DNA of 64,000 nt from Candidatus Bathyarchaeota archaeon (lineage in GTDB: Archaea > Thermoproteota > Bathyarchaeia > 40CM-2-53-6): NCBI GenBank assembly GCA_963753065.1, contig CAVWAQ010000001.1, forward strand, positions 303,441 to 367,440, read 5' to 3'. The notes beneath the pieces were generated by a model. That model made no database searches. It worked only from the letters and a program-made list of their open reading frames with translations, and was not told where the DNA came from. Within the stretch, counting starts at the first letter, position 1, and each line of letters begins with the position of its first letter. Both the position numbers and the translations under genes were made by a program. Shown piece after piece: positions 47,659 to 54,602 of this stretch.

Positions 47659-47828
47659 GGGCCCGTGGCGCAGTCTCGCAGGTTGACGCCTGCTAGGCGA
47701 AATACGGACAGCGCGGCAGATAGGCCTCTTGGGCTAGCCGAGCCTCCTAAGCAAACCGCGGAACCAGCTGTAGAGTGCGTCCAAAACGCACGCAAAAGTC
47801 CGGGGTTCAAATCCCCGCGGGCCCGCCA
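47659..47828 (+). tRNA. tRNA, probably Arg (anticodon CCU), 170 nt gene with encoded CCA and about four intervening sequences
   Basis: Hand fold. Acceptor GGGCCCG/CGGGCCC, G73, CCA. T-arm CGGGG-TTCAAAT-CCCCG. D-arm GCGC-AGTCTGGACA-GCGC after removing 47677-47705. The local GCCTCCTAAGC (anticodon at 47746-47748) is completed by the distal GCA/TGT stem halves. Variable loop AG/GTC flanks 47774-47797. Confidence 0.7.
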
Positions 47829-47841
47829 TCCCCGACTCTGT

Positions 47842-49161
47842 CTATTCAGATGGCATGCGCCTGATTCGAGTGATGATCTCGTCTAGGGTCAGGGTTTCCT
47901 CTGTGCGTTTCTTCATGTCTCTGAGCTTGAACTGGCCGGATTTGAGTTCTTGAGGGCCGACGATCAAAGCATAGGGAATACCCAGCGAGTTTGCGTACTC
48001 AAGCTGTTTTGCCAGCGACTTGCGCTTAACATCCACATCTGAAGCGATTCGAGCGTCACGAAGCTTAGCTGCAATCGAGAGTGTATGCTGTCTAACTCAT
48101 CATTCACCGCGGCCACGAACACAGTCCCAACTTCTTTGTGCTTGGGAAGTACGCCGGCCTTCTCCAGTGAAATCAGCAGTCTCTCGACACCTCCGGCAAC
48201 TCCTGTCGCTGGAATGCTCCTTTTTCCATAGACGCCGCAGAGTCTGTCGTATCTTCCTCCTCCAAGCACCGCTCCAACCTCTTCTCCTCCTTTGTCGAAT
48301 GCCTCGAAGACGATGCCATCGTAGTATCCGATACCCCTAACGACACTCATGTCGAATAGGCAACGATCCAGTTTGCCTAGACCTTGCAGCGCGTCAGCCA
48401 GCAGCGACGAGTTGCCTGTATCCCAGTTTTGCTTCCTCGCTTCGTGTTTGCACTTCAGAGATCTTCTCGAGAACGCTGGCAGGTTTATCCTGGATCGATA
48501 TGAATTCAACCAGTGAATCAGTGACGCTGCTCTCTAGGCCCGCGGAAAGAAGCTCGGTCTTGACAGCCTCAGCAGAGATCTTTCGAGACTTGTCGACTGT
48601 TCGGAACACTGCCTCGATTTTCTCTTGACTCTTCAACCCCAAGCTTTCGACGAATCCCTGTATGACTTTACGATTCGAGATTCGCACTTCGAATTCCTTC
48701 AACCCAACGTTGCTTAGAATGTCCATGCTTAGGGCGACGGCTTCTGCGTCAGCTGTTGGGTCATCGGATCCGAAGATCTCCGCGTCCCATTGAGTGAAGT
48801 ACCTGTATCGGCCAAATTGTGGTTCATCATATCGCCAGTTTCCGCCAATACACGCGAACTTGATTGGTTCAGGGAGGTCGGAGCGACCAGCTACCATGCG
48901 AGCCATACCGACCGTGAGGTCGAACCTGAGGCCGATGCTGCGGCCTGCCTTGTCGTTAAACCAGTAGATCTCATCCTTGATCGCCGGTCCACTCTTGGCT
49001 TCTAGGGTTCTGAGTTCCTCAAGCGTCGCGGGTTCCATTTCTTGAAAGGCGTATCTTCGAAACATCTCTCTTATTCTCTCGTAGACCCAGTTTCGCTTCG
49101 CCATCTCATCTGGCTCGATATCCCTGATACCTCTCGGCAAGGTGAACTGCTTGTCTGACAT
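47842..49161 (-). pseudogene. hisS: histidine--tRNA ligase, broken by two frame shifts (near 48395-48440 and near 48085-48095)
   Basis: Three consecutive ORFs carry collinear HisRS parts. The first has LPRGIRD...RFDLTVGMARM...WRYDEPQFGRYRYFTQWDAEIFG. The second has FDMSVVRGIGYYDGIVFEAF...GGGRYD...IPATGVAGGVERL. The third has the anticodon-binding end (KRKSLAKQLEYANSLGIPYALIVGPQEL). My hand translation of the third frame bridges the second gap (VRQHTLSIAAKLRDARIASDVDVK). Confidence 0.85.
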
Positions 49162-49294
49162 GCCGCTCGCCCCTATGCTAGTACGATCCGCTAATTCATT
49201 CCGAGGTGTGCTAAGTGTTTTCTTTCGATTCGGTCGCACCACGGCTTATTAGGGGGGAGCAGCAGGTTTCCTAGACTCCTGTCAGGATGCGTGA

Positions 49295-49822
49295 ATGTTG
49301 CCAGCAATGAGAACAAACATGGGCCTATCCGTCGTTGCCGGGTTGGCAATCGGAGGAATCATAGGAGTCGTTCTCGACATCACCGAAGTTCCCGCGGGAA
49401 GCGCCATTGGCACCTTTGTTGGAGGGCTCGTCGCCGCGCTACTCCTGTACGCCGGACGTAGGAGGGCGTTGATCGCCGGATTTGTTGTGGGATTGTTCGG
49501 CTTCCCCGTTCAACTCCTAATCTTCTTGGCGCTGGTTTCTACTAATCTGTACACGCCACCTCAGGTCCCAGAGATTTCTCAGGACGTTCTTCTCGTCGCC
49601 TTAGCTGTAACTGTGCTCATGCAGGTCGTAGGAGGCGCGATTGGAGGACTACTTGGCGGCATGATTCGGCATCCTCCTCCGGGAACCGTGGAAGCACCGC
49701 GCCCGTATTTGCCTCCCCCTCCGCCTCCGTCGCGTCCGGAGAAGTATTGTGTTCAATGTGGAGCGGGACTGGCAAAGGAGACCTTGATCTGTCCCGCTTG
49801 CGGAGCAAAACAGCCTTCCTGA
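49295..49822 (+). CDS. membrane protein with C-terminal zinc ribbon
   Basis: 4 hydrophobic spans, a proline-rich linker, then YCVQCGAGLAKETLICPACGAKQ. Confidence 0.45.
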   Translation: MLPAMRTNMGLSVVAGLAIGGIIGVVLDITEVPAGSAIGTFVGGLVAALLLYAGRRRALIAGFVVGLFGFPVQLLIFLALVSTNLYTPPQVPEISQDVLLVALAVTVLMQVVGGAIGGLLGGMIRHPPPGTVEAPRPYLPPPPPPSRPEKYCVQCGAGLAKETLICPACGAKQPS

Positions 49823-49911
49823 TCGATCCACAATTGCGCTGGCTCAGCAACCCGAACCTTAGTCGGCCATCGTTTCACTGAGGCAGACGTAGCCCAGGAT
49901 TCGAAGTGCAG

Positions 49912-50451
49912 CTAGACTCTGAGGAATTCAAGTGAATAGTAGACGATGTCAGTTCGTCTGTCAACCACGGCGAGTATCAGGTCTTTCTTGTCCCTGGAGG
50001 CTCGTTTCAGCAGTGTGCGAAGCGTCTTGAGGTCGGCTTCACCGCCTTCGTAGATTATGTAGACGTACCTTCGCATCGGTCCCTTTCCGTGGACCTCGAA
50101 ATCGAAAACGGGGCATTCTCTGACAACATATCCTCTGTCGCGGAGGTCGCGATATACGAGGTACTTCACCCAGACTGCAGGTTGCCTCGTAGAAACCGAC
50201 TTCACCAGTTCCTCGAATGTGATGTTCTCTTTGTTCTTTCCCTCGACGGTAATCCTGCCCTTTTCGAGAAGATAGAAGGCCTCGTGAGATGTGAGAACGA
50301 GTCTTCTTCCCTTCAGCGTTCCGAAACCGCGCTCACGCATCTCCATCAGTTCTGAGGCTCTCGGAAGGAAAACTTCGCCTGCTCGCAGGGAAGCTTCGTA
50401 GACCTGGAATGGCTTCTCGCTCTCCGACTCATTCGCTGTGTGCTCAGTCAC
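49912..50451 (-). CDS. endA: tRNA-splicing (intron) endonuclease
   Basis: 179 aa. YLVYRDLRDRGYVV, FEVHGKG and KKDLILAVVD fit the Tyr/His/Lys catalytic triad context of archaeal EndA. Confidence 0.8.
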   Translation of the reverse strand: MTEHTANESESEKPFQVYEASLRAGEVFLPRASELMEMRERGFGTLKGRRLVLTSHEAFYLLEKGRITVEGKNKENITFEELVKSVSTRQPAVWVKYLVYRDLRDRGYVVRECPVFDFEVHGKGPMRRYVYIIYEGGEADLKTLRTLLKRASRDKKDLILAVVDRRTDIVYYSLEFLRV

Positions 50452-50529
50452 GTGCAGTCAATCCGAGGCCATCTACGCCGACCTTGCACTTTTAATGTAA
50501 TCGCGCCACGCACTACAGTGGCGTCACAT

Positions 50530-51586
50530 ATGGTTGACCTTACGACTCTGAGGACTGTAGAATGGACTCGTGACGGTGTGCGACTAATTGATCAGAGGCA
50601 GCTGCCAAACCGGCTGACATTTCTCTTGTGCAGGAACTACAGGCAAGTCGCTCGAGCGATACGCGACATGACCGTGAGAGGGGCGCCCGCCATCGGAGTG
50701 ACCGCGGCGATGGGCTTGGCCCTGGCAGCAAAACGCAGCAGACACAGCGACGGAAAGATGCTATTGCTCGACGTTGAGAAAGCCGCAGAGATCATCCGAG
50801 CGACACGACCCACCGCGAGAAACCTGTTCTGGGCGGTCGAGCGAATGCTCGGGAAAGCCCGAGAGGCGGCTGATCAGGGACGTGACATGCGAGAAACGCT
50901 CGCGGCTGAAGCACAGCTCATGGCCGATGAAGACGTGCAAGCCAACCGGAAGATGGGAGCCTACGGCGCAGAGCTGATTCAAGACGGGGATACGATCCTA
51001 ACGCACTGTAACACAGGCACGATGGCCACGGTGAGCTATGGAACGGCCTTAGGAGTAATCCGAAGTGCGATCTCGCAAGGCAAGAAAGTCAAACTCATCG
51101 CAACCGAAACTAGGCCTAGACAGCAAGGTGCCAGAATAACTGTCTATGAGGCTTTATCAGACAAGATCCCCGACGACCTTGATAGTTGATAGTGCTGTCG
51201 CGATCACGATGTCAAGAGGCATGGTAGACAAGGTCATCGTGGGCGCCGATCGCATAACTAGGACTGCAGTCGCCAACAAGGTGGGCACTTTCATGATCGC
51301 GCTCGCAGCCAAACATCATAGTATTCCATTCTACGTTGCGGCACCTACTACAACCTTCGACCTGACCATAGAGCCCACTGCCATGTCGATCGAAGAACGT
51401 GATCCCAGGGAAGTCACTGAGATTAACGGAAGGCAAATCACACCAAAGAAGGGGGTCAGGGTTTTCAATCCAGCCTTCGACTTGACTCCGTTAGAACTCG
51501 TCACCGCCGTCATCACAGAAAAAGGAGTCCTTTCAAGAGAACAGATTCAGAACATGACCAAGATCAGACCGAATACTGGCGGTTAG
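50530..51586 (+). pseudogene. eIF-2B alpha/beta/delta-family isomerase (MtnA 5-methylthioribose-1-P isomerase or ribose-1,5-bisphosphate isomerase), frame shift at the C4 run 51168-51171
   Basis: ORF 50440..51189 (LIDQRQLP..., RGAPAIGV, THCNTG, ETRPRQQGARIT) and ORF 51146..51586 (TTLIVDSAVA...VGADRI...ANKVGT...PFYVAAP) fuse as ...DKIPTTLIVDSA if one C is removed. The start is taken at the ATG at 50530. Confidence 0.8.
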
Positions 51587-51601
51587 ACTTGTCGGCTCGG
51601 C

Positions 51602-52654
51602 CTACTCTGATCTCTTGAAGTCGCAGAGGTCAGTCGGTTCTTCCAGGTATCTGTTGATCGTCACCTCTGCGATCATCTGACAGTATCGCGCCGTCTCTGT
51701 CAGATTCCACGCAATCGACCTGAATGCCAGTGCAACATTCCGATTTGAGACGTCGTCCACAATCTTTTCCGAGATCTTCCTGTTTCTGGTTTGAGCGCGT
51801 ATCCCGTCTTCAATCGACTTGTTCGCAAGGTCAACATCAAGCTTAACGAATGCCTTCATCGTGTTCTCAGAAATCAGCTTGACTGCCTTGCTCATTTCAG
51901 TGATCTCATCAAGTACCGATTTGTGCTTGTCATAATCCTCGTCTTTGATTCCGATGACTTCCTTAGCCTCACTCTCTGCACAGTCTGCGATACATTCGAG
52001 GTACTTGGAGACTATGCGGTTCCCCAAGGCGTGCTGCGGATTGACAACTCCAATATCGCGAGCAGCGCTCAGCTTAGTAGTTGCAAGTATCAGTTGGCGA
52101 ACTATCAACCAATAGATCCTATCAGCCTCGTTCTCCATCTGAAGGACCTCACCTGCGATGTCCTGCCTCTTATCCAAAAGAGCGGTCATCGCCGCGTCCT
52201 GCATGGATAGCCCAACTCTATGTAGCCTCTGTATTAGGCCGCTTACGGGGAACTTTGAGGGGTCCACGAAACTCTGAATCACAACCTGCTTTGGAGTTTG
52301 CTCGACAATGCTAAGCCCCATCAGCCTCTGAACAGTGCTTCTAATCTCCCACAGATGCTCGGAACTGAGGTCCTTGCTAGATGTGATTACTATCGAATCT
52401 CGCCCTTCGATGTAGTTGCCTGTGATTATCCTTGACAGTAGTTCGTGTTCTTTGCAGAGATCAGCGTTGACTCTGGCCGCCATAGATTCTGCTTTGTCGC
52501 CAGCCAAACCTGGGATTAGCCTGAGGCAGCCGTCGTCGGTGCGTCTCATGGTTACAACGTTTCCTTGTTTCAGTCCTACTTGTTCGACCCAGTCTCGTGG
52601 CAGTGAGACTGTGAGTGTCGAGTGTCCGACTTTCTGTACCTTCCGGATTTCCAT
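51602..52654 (-). CDS. AbrB/SpoVT-domain plus PhoU-domain regulator (archaeal phosphate-uptake-regulator-like)
   Basis: N-terminal VQKVGHSTLTVSLPRDWVEQVGLKQGNVV (SpoVT/AbrB swapped hairpin), followed by two PhoU-like helical repeats. Confidence 0.7.
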   Translation of the reverse strand: MEIRKVQKVGHSTLTVSLPRDWVEQVGLKQGNVVTMRRTDDGCLRLIPGLAGDKAESMAARVNADLCKEHELLSRIITGNYIEGRDSIVITSSKDLSSEHLWEIRSTVQRLMGLSIVEQTPKQVVIQSFVDPSKFPVSGLIQRLHRVGLSMQDAAMTALLDKRQDIAGEVLQMENEADRIYWLIVRQLILATTKLSAARDIGVVNPQHALGNRIVSKYLECIADCAESEAKEVIGIKDEDYDKHKSVLDEITEMSKAVKLISENTMKAFVKLDVDLANKSIEDGIRAQTRNRKISEKIVDDVSNRNVALAFRSIAWNLTETARYCQMIAEVTINRYLEEPTDLCDFKRSE

Positions 52655-52845
52655 CTGTTTTGCACGACCGAGGGCTGGGCAGCGTGGCCTTCGTCGCGTT
52701 GCTCACGTCATTACCCAGTGTGTAGTGGAGGAACGAAGTTTGGATCATATATATTCCGATTAGAAAGCAAGTAGAACAATTAGCTCCGGGGCAAGTCACA
52801 CTCCCGGCACGGGTGTAGCATACCCTCGTTCTATCCTAAGCCGCG

Positions 52846-53964
52846 CTAGACTCGGCATCTCATCGTCGATATGATCTTGTGGTCTGCCCAGATCTTGCAG
52901 GTTCCCTCGGACGAAACCATCGTAGGACCAAGCGGGCTCGCAGGAGTACATTCCTTCATGTATAGTGGACATTCTGGAGGGTCGATCTTGCCGATGATCA
53001 CGTCAGCACAACGAGCATTCCTAACAAAGTCCGCGCCCTCACGCTTCGTCTTGAGGCCATAGTGTTCCCGTGCGTCCAGACGGGAGAACTCAGCTTTCAA
53101 GTCGAGTGCACTGTTCGGTATCGTTGCGACACCACGCCAGTATCCTTCGTGAAGGTCGAATGCTTTCCTCATGGTTTCCTGTGCTTTCAGGTTCCCATCC
53201 CAAGTCACGGCCCGAGTGTATTGGTTCTCCATCTTAGGTTCATTGTCACGGATCTGCGCCAGGATCATGGCCACGGACATGAGGACATCAAGCGGTTCGA
53301 ATCCTGAGAAGACCATCGGCTTGTGGCATTCATCAAAACACGGCTTGTAGGCTTTCATTCCTGTGATCGTTGAGGCATGCCCCGCGTTGATGAAAGCATC
53401 AACCCGAAGATCCGGCGATCTCGAAACCGTCTCGACCGCAGACGGCACATACCGATAGCATGTAAGAAAACGAAGATTAGAAGGTGGCCCTTCGAGTATC
53501 TCGTACGCAGTCGCCGGCGCCGTAGTCTCGAAACCAACTGCGAAGAACACGAACTCCTTATCCGGCCGCGACCTTGCGATCTTGACCGCGTCGTGGACAC
53601 TGTACACCACTCGAACGTCTCCGCCGAGAGTTTTCGCCTCGGCAAGTGATTGCTTCGATCCCTTCGCTCGTGACATGTCGCCGTAGGTCAGGATTGCCTT
53701 TCCGTCAAGTGCGAGATCTACTGCTGAGTCGATGTCAGTTGCGGGCGTGACGCATACCGGACAACCGGGGCCTGCCCGTACCTCTACATTCTCGGGCAGC
53801 AAGCTTCTCACGCCATGGTGTGTGATTGTCCACTCATGGGAACCGCAGACATGCATGATCAGTATTCTTCGTCCTATCTCATGGCTGAGACGGTTGATCC
53901 TTGCCTGCAGCTTCTTCGCTAGGTCAGCGTCCCTATAACCATCAAGGATCGACAAAGCAGTCAC
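52846..53964 (-). CDS. hypD: hydrogenase maturation protein HypD
   Basis: MHVCGSHE, GPGCPVCVT, FETTAP and the C-terminal Cys-rich PECPLYMKECTP...EGTC. Confidence 0.9.
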   Translation of the reverse strand: MTALSILDGYRDADLAKKLQARINRLSHEIGRRILIMHVCGSHEWTITHHGVRSLLPENVEVRAGPGCPVCVTPATDIDSAVDLALDGKAILTYGDMSRAKGSKQSLAEAKTLGGDVRVVYSVHDAVKIARSRPDKEFVFFAVGFETTAPATAYEILEGPPSNLRFLTCYRYVPSAVETVSRSPDLRVDAFINAGHASTITGMKAYKPCFDECHKPMVFSGFEPLDVLMSVAMILAQIRDNEPKMENQYTRAVTWDGNLKAQETMRKAFDLHEGYWRGVATIPNSALDLKAEFSRLDAREHYGLKTKREGADFVRNARCADVIIGKIDPPECPLYMKECTPASPLGPTMVSSEGTCKIWADHKIISTMRCRV

Positions 53965-54206
53965 CGACTAGGGGGTCCTGACTCCTGCTCGTACGCGAGG
54001 ATCTCTCGCCAATACGACAGAGTCTTCTGCGCCTCCTTTTCGTCCATCACTTGAATCGCGTATCCCGCATGGACGAGAACGTACTGGCCGGGCTTGACCT
54101 CAACAAGTGACACGTTGATGCCCTCTCTTGCGGTTCCTTCACCAAAGTCAACCTTGGCGAAGTCACCATCTATGCTGAGGACACGTCCCGGAAAGGCGAG
54201 GCACAT
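53961..54206 (-). CDS. hypC: hydrogenase maturation chaperone HypC
   Basis: MCLAFPGRV N-terminus, 81 aa OB-fold size, 4-nt overlap with hypD. Confidence 0.85.
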   Translation of the reverse strand: MCLAFPGRVLSIDGDFAKVDFGEGTAREGINVSLVEVKPGQYVLVHAGYAIQVMDEKEAQKTLSYWREILAYEQESGPPSR

Positions 54207-54275
54207 GGAGACCTTCGCTCGATTGTGAAGAGCTACTATTAGGGTTGTTGTTCACGCGACATTTAGAGAAAATAG

Positions 54276-54473
54276 GGGAGGTGCGGTCGGCTAGCTGGCG
54301 TGCAAAGAATCCTTCCTTTCGGATCGGCTCAAGAAGTAAGGGAGAATGTACGCCCGATGATCGGCAGGATCGGTAAGGGTGGAGGATACATACTTGGTCC
54401 TTCCCACGATGTTCTGGCGGACGCACCGGTTCAAAACATCGTAGCCTTAATCGATCAAGTTCGAAACAAATAG
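54276..54473 (+). pseudogene. 3' remnant of a second URO-D-family gene
   Basis: My hand translation gives ...VQRILPFGSAQEVRENVRPMIGRIGKGGGYILGPSHDVLADAPVQNIVALIDQVRNK*, matching the C-terminus of the URO-D-like gene at 4975..6124 (NGGYILAGAHNIQPDTPVENI). A stop lies immediately upstream at 54273-54275. Confidence 0.5.
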
Positions 54474-54525
54474 CGGACTTCGCTGCGTCTATTCACTCGC
54501 AGGGGATGAGTTTCGATTCCAAAGA

Positions 54526-54555
54526 GGGCCCCCATTTTGGTTCAATCGGGGGCCC
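54526..54555. terminator. perfect 8-bp GC hairpin between convergent hypF and the URO-D remnant
   Basis: GGGCCCCC-(14 nt)-GGGGGCCC, with TTTT in the loop and T-rich flanks on both strands. Confidence 0.3.
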
Positions 54556-54602
54556 GTTTCACCATGATTTCCAAAGCTCAGACTAGTAGGTGAATCATGT
54601 GA

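Noticed and set aside
27318-51586. Reading the RuBisCO homolog as a bona fide form III enzyme working with the e2b2-like isomerase in the archaeal AMP/pentose-bisphosphate pathway
   Set aside because: By hand alignment the RuBP P2-binding residues R295 and H327 are not conserved. No AMP phosphorylase is present, and the isomerase is 22 kb away. The idea is kept only as an alternative to test.
4096-51586. Programmed ribosomal frameshifting or recoding as the explanation for the split genes
   Set aside because: The shift sites share no slippery heptamer or downstream structure. They occur in unrelated genes in both +1 and -1 senses, and three sit at plain A4/C4 runs. Sequencing or assembly error is the simpler explanation.
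54163-54426. Listed 87-aa minus-strand ORF between hypC and hypF
   Set aside because: The opposite strand carries a recognisable URO-D-family C-terminal remnant over the same nucleotides. The minus-strand ORF is most likely its shadow.
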